The position numbers and the translations under genes were made by a program. The notes beneath the pieces are model-generated. The model was not told where the DNA came from, did no database searches, and saw only the letters and a program-made list of their open reading frames with translations. 64,000 bases of DNA from assembly GCA_033442325.1 (NCBI GenBank), contig JAWQFM010000014.1, forward strand, positions 633,312-697,311, in the 5' to 3' direction. This document shows positions 12,369 through 25,418 of this stretch, one piece after another. Numbering within the stretch: the first letter of the stretch is position 1; the number at the start of each line of letters is the position of its first letter. This stretch comes from Salpingoeca rosetta (lineage: Eukaryota; Protista; Choanoflagellata).

Positions 12369-13267
12369 CACGACAAACAAAACAAAGCCAGAACCGCCAG
12401 CTTTGTCATGTCGCGTGCATGTCCACGCGCGTGTTGTGTTGCGTCAAGGAGCAGTTTTTGCACTTCCACGCGTTTGTTTTTGTTTGTGTGTCCTTGAAGC
12501 GCGAACACTATGAACGCACGAGCACGATAATTTGTTAATATCTTCAACAACTTATCGGCCTAGTTCGATGCAACGGCCCTGACCAACAGCGACACATACG
12601 AGCCATACGAGCCATACGAAGAAGCGTACCAGCTGGCTCGACGCACGCAAGAGCGCAAGGCCAGGCAAGTCCCTCACCACACACCCACACACAGCACACA
12701 GCATTGTTGTTGTTGTGACCCGTTTTGTGGGCTGCCCTGACGAGCGATCGTTGCCTCTCTTCCTTTCCTCTGACCAGTGTGTGGCTTCTGGTGGTCATCG
12801 TTTTTTTTTGGCCCTCCACAAAAGGTGCGTTGTTGTGCGTTGTGCGAAAAGCCAACCATCAAGGAACCACCACCACCAACCACACAAGCAAAAGCCTCCT
12901 TTTCGAAAAGCCAACACAAGAAGCCAAACAGCTCTGTTCCTTGCTTTGTTGTGTGCTTGGCTGGTGTTGCAGGCTTTCCTTCACCTCGAAAGGCTCCGCC
13001 AAGAAGAAGAAGAAGAAGACCAACAACAACAACAAGAATAACAGCGACCACGCGACACACAGCTGCATTGCCAAGTGCGTATCCTCACACGAGCAAGCCA
13101 AGCCAACAGCCAAACCCAAAGCCGAGCAGGAGTGTGTAACGGCAACAGGTGAGCAATCTCGTTGTTGTGCTTCATGGTTCTTTGTGTTCGAACCACACGC
13201 GCGTGTCCTTCACAGAGCCAGCAACAAGCAAACAACAAGCAAAGCAAGCAAGGCGCCACCCCACAAC

Positions 13268-14341
13268 ATGGCGCACTCCCACCACTATGACACTCATTGG
13301 TGCAACAGCATACCGTACACATCAGCAAGACACACATCACACAAACACCCACGAACGCACACATAGCTGCAACTGGACACACAACCACGCTCGTCAACAC
13401 CACGTTGTCCTCCTTACCACTGTTCCTCCGTGTCCTCCTCCTTATGTCTGTTGTTGTTGTTCGCACCACACCTCTCAAACTCAAGCATTCACACACACAC
13501 ACACACACACTGTGTCGCATCACACACACACACACACAGTGTCGCGTCAGCTCACAGCCAACACCGGTCCTGCGTTGCTTGCCGACGGTGGTGTGTTGAC
13601 TGCTTCTTTTGTGATCCCCTCGTGCGTGTGCGCGGCGCGCGCGCGTGTGTGTGTTTTGTGTGCACGTGTGGTGCTTGGCTCGTGCGAACAGGCACCCATC
13701 ACATTCAATCACATCCAATCACATCCAATCAGGCTGCAGCAGCTGACCCTGCTCCACTCCTTTGACCGTCAAGCGGTGCGTCCTCCTCTGCACCACGCCG
13801 TCTTGTCTTGTTTGCACGTTGGTGCGGCCACCCATGACGATGATGGCCATCACCGTCGTCGGTGACACTGTGTGCTTGCATTGTGCGCTTCCCGTCCCTT
13901 CTTGTTGTCGGTGTAATCAATGTATGGTGCTGCTGTTGCTCCTGTTGCTGCTGCTTCTGTTTCTGTTGCTGGCGTTGCGCCTCCGTCCAGCTACCCGCAC
14001 CCCACCGTGTCCGCGTGTGTACTTTCTCACGCCAAGACATCTTATCTTCGCTTTGATGCATTGCCAACCTTTGCAAATGCGTTTGCACAGAGGGAATGCA
14101 CATACGCACTGCCAACAACCGGCAATGAGCATGCGAACCGAAGACGACGCTGCTCAGCGGCGGCGGGTGAGTGTTTGTGTGTGTTTGTGTGTGTTTGTGT
14201 GTGTTTGTGTGTGTTTGTGTGTGTTTGTGTGTGTTTGTGTGTGTTTGTTTGTGTGTGTGTGTGCACGTGTGAACATGAATGAGCGAGAGCGTGCGTGTGT
14301 GATTGCGACATCTTCTGGCCCCTGCCCTCGTGTGTTGTTCA

Positions 14342-14437
<96 letters not shown>

Positions 14438-17400
14438 CACATCACATCACACATCTTGTGTGCTCCGAGCTTTTGTCGTTGATGACAGCGTCTATTTGTG
14501 CACGCTGTGAACCGTCGCGTGCCGTCATTGTTCGCTCTACAAGACGAGTGGTCATCACGCTGTGACTGCTCACTCTCCTGATGCTTTTCTTGATCACGCT
14601 ACACGCGTCGCGTCACACAGCCACAGGTGCCCGCACCGCCACAGCACTACATACATCAGCTTTCCCCCTACTGCGTGTGCTCGTGTGCTGGTGCTGGTGC
14701 TTGATGTGATGGTCGCGTCATCTCGTGTGTTCTCACATGNNNNNNNNNNNNNNNNNNNNNNNNNNNNNNNNNNNNNNNNNNNNNNNNNNNNNNNNNNNNN
14801 NNNNNNNNNNNNNNNNNNNNNNNNNNNNNNNNNNNNNNNNNNNNNNNNNNNNNNNNNNNNNNNNNNNNNNNNNNNNNNNNNNNNNNNNNNNNNNNNNNNN
14901 NNNNNNNNNNNNNNNNNNNNNNNNNNNNNNNNNNNNNNNNNNNNNNNNNNNNNNNNNNNNNNNNNNNNNNNNNNNNNNNNNNNNNNNNNNNNNNNNNNNN
15001 NNNNNNNNNNNNNNNNNNNNNNNNNNNNNNNNNNNNNNNNNNNNNNNNNNNNNNNNNNNNNNNNNNNNNNNNNNNNNNNNNNNNNNNNNNNNNNNNNNNN
15101 NNNNNNNNNNNNNNNNNNNNNNNNNNNNNNNNNNNNNNNNNNNNNNNNNNNNNNNNNNNNNNNNNNNNNNNNNNNNNNNNNNNNNNNNNNNNNNNNNNNN
15201 NNNNNNNNNNNNNNNNNNNNNNNNNNNNNNNNNNNNNNNNNNNNNNNNNNNNNNNNNNNNNNNNNNNNNNNNNNNNNNNNNNNNACACACACACACACAC
15301 ACGCACGCACACACACACACACATACACACACACACGAAAACAGCTGAAGACGACGCTTGCCGGCGACCTGAAGCGGTTTTCAACCGCGCTGGAACAGGA
15401 TCTGCTGGACGACCGACCAGACAAGCTCAACCTGGTGTACGACAAGATCAAGATGGCGGTGGACGGGCTGATGCGCTCGATTGAAGAGGACCAGCTCACG
15501 CCAGGCCTCTTCCGCGATATCTCAAACGACGTCGGCAAGCTCCTCGACGTACGTACATCAGACACACACACTCACTCACTTACTCACACACACACACACT
15601 TACACACACACACACACTGACTGACTGACTCACTCACTGACTGACTGACTGACTCACTCACTCACACACACACACCATCACACACACACTCTCTCCCGCT
15701 CTCCCCTTCCCGTATCGTCCTCACACAACCACCACCGCCGCCGCCGCCACTGCTGCTACTTGTATCTCGCTTTGGTTGAGCAGAAGTCGATACCGGACGT
15801 GCTGTCGCGCGAACGGATACGGGAGCTGCTGCAGATTATTGCTCGCCCCGCTCGCCTTCTTGAGTGCCTTGCCTTCACCCCAGACCCCGTCAACCTCGGT
15901 GAGGTGTTTGCTGTGTAGTGGTGGATGGTGGCCTTTGTGTGTGCGTGCATGTGTGCATGTGTCTGCGGGTGTGTTTGTGTGGTTGTGTGGCTGTGTGGCT
16001 GTGTGGCTGTGTTGCTGTGCACGTGAGCGCGTGCACCTGCACGCATGCTTATTGACCTTGATCGTTCGTCTGTGTGCGTGTGTGTTTGTGCAGACTTTAC
16101 GCGGGACGAGGCGCAGGACCGCATGAAGCAGCTTGTGGCGGAGGGAAAGCACCACATGCCAACATACATCCTCTCCAAGCTCACAACACACTTTGGGCCC
16201 GAGTCTGATGCTGATCAGGTGCGTTTAGGCGCAACCAAGGGGGTTGCCGTGGTTGGTTGTGGTCGTGTGATCGTGTGGTTAGTTGCAGTCGTTATGCGCG
16301 TTGTTGCGCGTTGTTGCGCGTGTGATTTAGAGTGTTGTTGTTTCGTGCCGTGTCACCCCACACAAGCATGGCTAATATACCTCATGCGTTGCCGCTGCAC
16401 AGGTTGATGCTGCCAGCAAGTACGAGCCCGACCAGACAGCGCTGGTCCAGTTTCTCGCAGAAACGCCCGAGGTGAGAGGTGATGGTGATGGCTTGGGGTA
16501 CATGGCTGCATACTGCCGTGTGCGCAAGCCGCTCTGTGTTTCATTGTTGCATGTGTGTGTGTGTATTGTGGTGCTGCGGTTTGCAACCAGGGCAAAACAA
16601 CGCGCGAATACTGCCCAACCGCGCGCGCGCACACATGCACACAACACTAACACATAACATGCATGCACATGCACACACACGCTCACACACGAACACACAC
16701 GAACACACACTCCCATACATCTGCACTGCGCAACAGCCCACGCGACACGACTTCAAGTTCCACTCGCAGCTGAGTGCGGGCGCGTATGGGGCGGTGTGGC
16801 TGGCGACGCACAAGATTACGGACGAGAAGGTGGCCATCAAGGTGCTGAACAAGCAGAGCGTCGTGAACAAGAACGTGGTCAACCAGGTCATGGCCGAGCG
16901 CGACATTCTGCAGTTTGCACAAAACCCGTTTGTCATCAACCTCCTCTGCTCCTTCAGCACAAGGGTGTGTAGGTCGCTGCCTTGTTCATTCTTGCACCTG
17001 TGCACATGGCTGCATGTGGCTGCGTGTGGCTGTGTTTTTCGTCTTGCAGCTTGTTTTGGTCCGTGGATTGTTGTCGAAGTGTTGCTGATGGTTCCAACAC
17101 TCAATCTCTCCCTCAAAACAAACAACCGAATCTTCCCTGCTCACCACCTTCGTCAACACCACCTTTCCCCCGCAACCACCACCACCACGTTACGCCTGCA
17201 GGACTCGCTGTATCTGGTGATGGAATATGCCCCCGGCGGCGACCTTGCTGCCCTTATCAAGAACCTCAACACCCTCACCCTGCGTGAGGCGCGCCGCTAC
17301 TTTGCCGAAACCGTGAGTGGTTGAGCGATCGTCACAGGAGGCTTGCTTCCCTTGCCCTTGCTCTTGGTCATAGCGGCCTTGCTTGTTGCCTGATTTCACT

Positions 17401-17953
17401 TAAGCTGTTCACTTTGTGTGTATTTGCTCCACCTCTCGCCTCACTGACTGCCAACCCCAACCAAGCCCCCAACTCAAACCACATTATCGTCATCATCATC
17501 ACTGTTGCTATAACGTCCTTCCGAACATTCCCGCTCACGCTCACCACGCTCACCACCGCGTGCTGTGCCAGGTGCTGGCGATTGAGTACATCCACGACTT
17601 TGGCATTGTGCACCGCGACCTGAAGCCCGACAACATCATCATCGGCGCCGACGGCCACATCAAGCTCACGGACTTTGGGCTCAGCAAGATTGGGCTCATG
17701 ACGCAGACGACGCTGTTTGCAGAGGACTCGCCGCTCGTCACCACCCCGATGGCGACGTTCAAGGACTCGCAGGTGCTGGGCACCCCAGACTACATTGCGC
17801 CCGAGGTGATTCTCGGGCAGGGCTACGGGCAGCCCGTGGACTGGTGGTCAATGGGCGTGATTCTGTTTGAGATGGTCATGGGCATTCCGCCCTTCCACGC
17901 AGACTCTGTGCAGGACATTTTCAACAACACCGTCAACCAGCCCCTCATGGTGC

Positions 17954-18021
<68 letters not shown>

Positions 18022-18630
18022 AATGTTATGATGTCTGTGTATCGATTGAGCCGAGCGTTGTTCTGCTTGATGGACACATCAACACACCTCTTGTCGCTCG
18101 CTGCCGGTCGCACCTCGCCCATCTCACCTTTGCACGATCCCTCTCACATGCTCCCTCATCACCTGTGTTTCCGCTGCACACGCACACACACACGCACACA
18201 CACACACGCACGCACGCGCACACACACACACACACACACACANNNNNNNNNNNNNNNNNNNNNNNNNNNNNNNNNNNNNNNNNNNNNNNNNNNNNNNNNN
18301 NNNNNNNNNNNNNNNNNNNNNNNNNNNNNNNNNNNNNNNNNNNNNNNNNNNNNNNNNNNNNNNNNNCTTTCCCTTACTACTCTGAATGCTACGCAAGTGG
18401 GTGGCTGGTAGGCTTCTCGGTAGCGAGGCACGCCGTATCGTATATCTAACTTGCTGATACATATTGTATGTTATGTGTGTCTTGTCGATGTGATAACACA
18501 AGAAAGCACTGGGAAGTAGACCCCTCTAGAGCCTCTCGACAACACCAACTATGTAAATAATTATAAAAATACACTGAACCCCATATTTTTCTCTTCGAGG
18601 ACAGATTGAGATCGCACACGCATTCGGACA

Positions 18631-18695
<65 letters not shown>

Positions 18696-19143
18696 ACAGC
18701 TGCCGGACGATGATGAGGAGTTTGGCCTGACGCCCGATGCAAAAGACCTCATCTCCCTCCTTCTCGAGAAGAACCCCGAACGTATGTCACTGTCACCCTC
18801 TACATTGCTATCGTGGCTGATGCGTCCTAAGGTGTTGCGTGAGTTGGCACACCTTGAATGTTCTCGACGTGTGCTCCCTTTCGCTCACCATGCTAACACA
18901 AATCGCACAAACACAAACACACACCCACACTTAATTATACTCAAAATAGGTCGTCTTGGAACGCCGCCGCCACCATCGCACATTGCGTCGTGGGAGGAGG
19001 TGATGCCTGGCGCGTATTACGTGAAGGAGCACTCATTCTTCGACGCCACGCTTGAAGACGATGACGGCACAGAGGTGCGCTCACGTGTGCGCCGATGTGT
19101 GTGTGTGTGTGAGTGTGTACGTGTGTGCGCGCATGTAACATGG

Positions 19144-19185
<42 letters not shown>

Positions 19186-19447
19186 AGTCGTCAACGTGTG
19201 TCTGTGTGTGTCTGTGTTCTCGTACTTGTGGGCCACACTGCGCTGTCGCCGCTCGCTCAAATTCGATTCACGTGACGTATGACAACACGTGCATGAACAT
19301 GTGTCAGGGCCCAATTGACTGGGACAATCTCCTGTTGGCAAAAGCGAACTTCAAGCCGACCCTGGACGATGATTACGACACGAGCTACTTTGACGATCGC
19401 ACAGACAGGTGTGTAGCTGTTCAAACACACACAAAAGTCATACACAA

Positions 19448-19495
<48 letters not shown>

Positions 19496-19831
19496 GAGTC
19501 ATACACAATCACAGGCACAATGTCCCACACATGAAGCACATTGTCCTCACACCCCGTTCTCCATTGCAGGTATTCGCACCAGTTGTCATCGTCATCGTCG
19601 GAGGACGAGGAGAGCGAGGGAACAGACAGTGTGCACTCTGACCCGTTTTTCGGCAAGTTTGTCTGCGTCAACCCACACTCATCGCCAAACACGCCGCGCC
19701 CGGGCTCTCCAGGTATGAGCTCATTGATGGCGATGGTAGTATGTGGTTGGAAACACATGCGCATTCACATGCACTCGCGCATACACTCGCACACACGTTC
19801 ACACACACACACACACATTCACACACACATA

Positions 19832-19876
<45 letters not shown>

Positions 19877-22800
19877 GCCCGCTCTCACGCACATTTCACT
19901 CGTGCACCCCACCCCATCGTCCCTCAATCAATACCCAGATCTTGGCGGGTCGTTCCGGCGCCGCGGGTCCCGCGTGTTCTTCAACCCGCACCTCGCTGGC
20001 GACAGCATGAGTGTGTCATCGTCGGAACCGGCGTCCTCAAAGAAGGACTCGTTTGCCGGACCGCCGCGTGGCAGCACGGCATCGACCATGGACAGCGACA
20101 CCGCCCCGCGCAAACTCGACTCGCCCGCTACGGATGACGAGGTGTTGCAGCGCGATGGCGGCGGTGCCAGTGCCGGTGACGCCAAGGACGCACAAGAACA
20201 CATGCAGGGCAGCAAGCAGCGCGATGCAGGCAGCAGCGTTGGGGCCGAGCAGCGCGAAGTGGATGAAGAGCAACAGCAACAGCAGCAGAAGGGCGACGGG
20301 CGCGATGGTGATGATGTGTCGTGGCGGCAGTCGAGCGCGCGTGTGAAATCGCAGGCGCAGCACGTCCGTGATGACAGCCAGCCTCCGTCCAGCCCGCTCG
20401 AGTCTGACGATGGTCTCATGCTGACACTCGGTAAGGACAGCAGCGGCAGCGCCGCACCAGCATCGCCATCGTCATCTTCATCCCGCGTGCAGCAGCCGCA
20501 GCAGCAGCCAGGGCAGGCGGGGAGCAAGTCGCACCACGGACGGTACCTGACAAAGGATGAGGTGACCATGCGCCAGGCCCGCCACGATGTGCGTCGCATG
20601 TCGCTAACACACGATTCTGCAGCCCGGCTCAAGGCGCGCTCCCTTCCGTGCACCCCGCGCCAGGATGTGCAGTTTCAGTTTCCGTCGCCGCTCTCATCAC
20701 CACAGTCGCAGCGCAAGTCGTCTTTGCAGCAGGGCGACACCGCCGCCACCGCTGCCGGCACCACCAGCACCAGCACCAGCGCCGGCGGCCGGGAGGAGCA
20801 GGCAGCACTGTTGGCTCGTGGGCCGCGCGCAACACTGGCCTCTGGAGACACGAGCATCATGTCGAGCAGCGAGGCCATTCCCGAGGAGGAGGGCCTGGGC
20901 GATGACGCCGACGCTGCTGCTGCTGCTGTCGTTGTTGAAGTTGGCAGCGGGCAGGCGTCGCGCGATGGGTCGATGCGTGGCCAGCGCCAGCACCATCGTC
21001 ACCACCGTCACCATTATGATGACGATGGTGAGGGCGACGCCACGGCGACGCGGGATGTTCGCGCGCACCGCTCTGCGTCCACACGCAGCAGCTCCCTGCG
21101 TCACGAGTACAGCCAACAGCGCACGCAGTCTGGTGACGGCAGCGGCAGCAGTGCAAGCAGCAGCAACACGCCGAGCCATGCCCCGAGCCTGCGCTCACGG
21201 CCCTCCCTCACCAACGTGCACTCCCCAGACATACAGCTGCAGCTTGACTTGGAGCACCAGCAGCAGCAACAGCAGCAGCGGCGCACGGGCCCACTGGACA
21301 AGAGCGGGTCGCTGCTGCACCACCGGCCCAAGTCGCGGGAGGAGCCGCGATCACGGGCGCGCGTCATGCAGGCGAGTGACAACGACGCTGTTCGCCGCCA
21401 CTCAAGCGTGGACACCGCCCTCGCCTCACTCAGCCAGGGCACCCCTCCCCGCGCTCGCGATGATCGCGATTTTGCTGCTCCAGCTGCTGCTGCTGCTACA
21501 TCATCGTCCACAACAACAACAACAACAACAACAACACCAACCAAGGCGACGACGCCAGCAGCAACGGCGGCAGTGTCGTCGTCACAGGGCAGCTCGCTCA
21601 AGCCGCCCGAGGCCACCACGCCAGAGACGCCGCGCCGGAACGCCCCATTTGACATTGCCGTGCACTACAGCAAGGACCGCGGGCTGGGGTTCACGCTTCG
21701 CAACGGCACCAAGTACGGATGCAAGCACATGATCATCAGCGTGGACAAGGGCGGATGCGGCGAGGAGGCCGGGCTGCGCCCTGGCACGGCCATTCTCAAG
21801 ATCAACGGTGCAGACGTGTCTTCGTGGAGCCACCAGCGGGTCGGCCGGCTGATTCGCAGCAAGATTGGGCAGACGCTGCACATGCAGGTGATGGAGGTGA
21901 CCAAGAAGAAGCGCAGCACGCGCAGCCCAGGGTCGTTCCGCAGGTTCACCAGCAAGGTGCGCTCGTCGTTCAAGCGCAGCAGCCGCAAGGAGAAGAAGAA
22001 CAAGGGCGGCGACAAGGGCAGCGCCAGCCCTGGGCTTGTGAAGGAGCGTTCCCACTCGCGGTTTGACTTTCTGAACCGCCGGCCAAAGTCCAACGTGCGG
22101 CTGACCCCGACGCCGCCGACATCGCCTCCGGGCAGCATGCACGGCCGCACGCCGCCAAGCTCCCTCCGGCGCTCTGAGAGCGTGCACATGTCCCGCAGCC
22201 GCGACACGAGCGGGTCTGAGAGCCGCCCGCAGAGCAGGGAGGGCCTTGGTGGCAGCAGGCCAAACAGCAGGGAGCACGACTCGGGCCGCCGCATGCACGG
22301 GCGCGCGGCGTACGCGAGCGCCAGCACCATTCCGCGCATGGTGAGCCCTGGGCAGCAGGGGCAGCCGCCATCGCCGCACTCCATTGGGCACGGTGGCGCG
22401 GAGGCCGGCAGTGGTGGTGGTGACGTGTGGCAGGACGAGGGCGACGGCAGCATCCAGCGCAGCGCCAGCGACGGGCAGCCCCGGCGCAAGGTGCGGCACG
22501 GGTCGTTCCGCCTGCGGTTTGGGCGGCGGTGTGACTCGTCCAAGTCGCCCAAGAAGGGGAAGAAGAAGTCGTCCTCACTCTCCTCGTCCCAGTCGGACCT
22601 TGGCCTGGCCACCACCCTTGGCGGCGGCTCGCCTCTCCACCGCCCACCGTCACCACTCGGCGCCGACGACCACCGCCACGCAGCGGCGGTCACAGCAGCA
22701 GCGCCAGCGCCCCAGCCGCAGCAACAGCAGCAACAGCAGCAGCAACAACAACAGCGTGACCTGCATGAGCAGGAGGAGGATAGCTTGGGTGAACTGCCCA

Positions 22801-24596
22801 TCACGGTCACGTGCGCAGATGAGGACGTGTTTAGGGCCCGCAGCCAGTCCACACCGACAAACAGCACGGGCGAGCCAAACAAGCTGCGCTCCCAGTCGAT
22901 GCGTTTGTCGACGCGCTCGCCGCTCAGCTCTGTTGTGACGTCGCCGGCTGTGTCACCGCGCCAACGCTCACCGCGACCGCCCACATCGCGACCCGTGTCG
23001 CCACCGTACGACAACATCATCCAGCCGGAGACGTCCAAGCACGGCAGCCGGCGAGCGTCGTGGGCGCGGTCCAGCCTCGTTCACCGCGCATCGCCGCTCA
23101 GCTCGCCGTCGCAGACGCCGCCAAACACGCCTGGCACGTCGTTGCGTGCAGGCAACAGCAGCGGCATGGCAGACAGCAACGTGAGCTCTGCGGATGCGTC
23201 TCCCATGCGCGTAAGACAGAGCAGCACGCGCAGCAGCACCGGGGTGACGCCTGCAAAGCCATCGCCGCTGGCAGGTGACATTGATCAGCAGCAGCAGCAG
23301 CAGCAGGGCGCGGCTGGCAGAGGGGGCAGCTTGTCTCGTGCATCTGCGAGTGGCGGCGTGCTGCCGTTTGCGCAGGACAACGGCCGTCGGGTGAGCAAGA
23401 CCGAGTGGGAGCAAACCGTCAACACGCTGGACAGCATTCTGCAGCTGGCAGCGAGCCCGCGAGCGTCGGTGTCCCCGGCAAAGGCCCCGACACCATCAGT
23501 GTCATCGTCTTCAGCCCCGCCGTCTCCGCGCGTGTTCACGTCTGCACAGCAGTCACCCGCCATGTCACCGCAGCTGCCGGCGCACGCACACCCGCACCGC
23601 TACCACCTTCAAGAGGAAGCAGGTGAAGGAGAAGGAGAAGCAATGGCACCTCAGCCGCACCACGTGCGTTCACCACGCGGGTCGCAGCTATCTGCGTCAT
23701 CCAGCGTCGGGTTCAGCCCGCTGCGGCAACAGGAGACGCCGCGCGGCAGCATGAGCGACTACGAGGACGCGGCGACGGGCGAGGACCCGCGGCGCCTGGA
23801 CGAGCTGCTGCAGCAGCAGGGGCCCGACGCAACGCTGGTGGAGCCAGCACACGTGGTCGCTGGTGGTGCACAGCAGCAGCAGCAGCAACAACAGCAACAA
23901 CAACAACAGCAGCAGGAGAGCAAGCAGAAGTTGCAGTGGTCGCCGGCGCCCCCGCCAAGGGAACTGGTGACGCGCCGCCGCCCGCTTGTGGTGGACCCGG
24001 CGCCACTGCAACCGAACGCAATGGCTTCGATGGAAGGCAGTGTGAGGGGCGGCTCCCCGGCCCGCCGTGCGAGTGATGGCGGTGCGCTGAAATCGGCGTC
24101 ATTGTCGGCGTCGTCACTGCAGCAAGCGAGCGTACGCACGCACCGGGGCAGGCTGTCCACGCCACCTGGGGGCATGTTTGCACAGCACCTGCGACGCGAG
24201 CTGGCCAGGCAGCGCGGGGTTGGCTCTGACGGGTCGTCGTCGTCTCTGCAGATGGAGCTGAACAGCTACGGCGACGGCGAGCTCAGGCGCGGCTCCCTGC
24301 CCGCCAGCGCCACCATGGATGACACGGGTGCGACGAGCCCAACGGCGCCGATGACGGCGACGCCCGAAGTGGGCGGCCGACTTGCCCGGCCGTCGACGGG
24401 GCGTGCAGTGCGCTCCGTTCGCCTCTCAGCACACAGCCCGCTCCAACAGCAACAGCAACAGCAACAGCAGCAGGGGCAGGAGGAGCAGCAGCAGGGTCGC
24501 GACAGCCGCATGTCTGAGGATATGAGGCGGCGCTCGGTTCGGGGAAGTGACGCCACAAAGGCGATTGTTGATCTTGATGGCGGCACATACGTGTAG
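13268..24596 (+). CDS. MAST: MAST-family microtubule-associated Ser/Thr kinase (DUF1908 + AGC kinase + PDZ); start codon uncertain (13268 or 14125, gap at 14740-15284)
   Basis: DUF1908 motif IIARPARLLECLAF at about 15835. Kinase motifs LSAGAYGAV, VMAERDILQFAQNPFV, HRDLKPDN, DFGLSKIGL and GTPDYIAPE. AGC tail DTSYFDDR. PDZ DRGLGFTLR...AGLRPGTAILKING at about 21650-21890. The terminal exon is about 19939-24596. Confidence 0.92.
14740..15284. other. Assembly gap (N run); other gaps at 18243-18366, 31374-31473, 40396-40495 and 43319-43574
   Basis: N runs, mostly bordered by microsatellites. Confidence 0.99.
18367..18630 (+). mobile_element. LTR-like fragment in a MAST intron next to a gap
   Basis: AT-richer unique sequence with a polyA/TATA-like block (TGTAAATAATTATAAAAATACA), ending in ...CATTCGGACA directly at a (CA)n tract. 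The other end is hidden by the gap. Confidence 0.45.
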
Positions 24597-24809
24597 GCGT
24601 TGCGTTTGTGGCGCCGGTTGTGGCTGTGGTGGCTTTGGTCGATGATTGTGCATTGGGTTGCATGCTGACGCAGAGGGAAGTGAATTGGTTGCAGGCAAGT
24701 GAGAGCGAGAGCAAGAGGGGGAGATAGCGCGAGGAGGACAGACGCGAGGAATTGAAGGACGGGCGGGTTGGATTCTCGGAACGAACACGTCGAAGTTGAA
24801 CGAAGTTGT

Positions 24810-24841
<32 letters not shown>

Positions 24842-25418
24842 GAACAAAGTAGTGGTCCACATCGTTTGCATGATCGAGGCATGGGAACAACGTTGTTTGT
24901 CGTTGAGTGTTTGTTCTTTGTTGATTTTTTTTTTTTTGGTGGGAGGGGGGTTTAAGCGCTCGCATAAGGGCGACATATGACTGTGAATGCACTGCAGGTT
25001 TTTTGATGTGGCGTGAGTGTTTCGCGTGTGTGTTTGCATGACGTGTATGTTTGTTCTAATTTCAGGCCAGAAAACGTTGATTACTCTTTGCGCGTTGCTC
25101 TCGTTTGAGGGCATGCCACGCTGCATGTTGTGCTCGTTTTGCGCACTCTTGTTGTTTCTTCGCGTACGCGTGCCATGTTGGCAAATACAACAATCGGATG
25201 TGAACACTGGTCAAGTGTGTGCGGCGGTCTTTGTCTGGGGATGTACAGCCAAACTGAATGTTTTAATCTTGAACAGCTGACACGAAAGGTGGAAAGCAAT
25301 CGATTACATTACAACATTTGAAGCAAAGCGTGATTGAATCACGCGTGGGGTAGTGTGACACTGAGCACGTGACAAGATGGGCAGAGCAAAGGGGAGAATG
25401 CAACACAGCACGACAACA

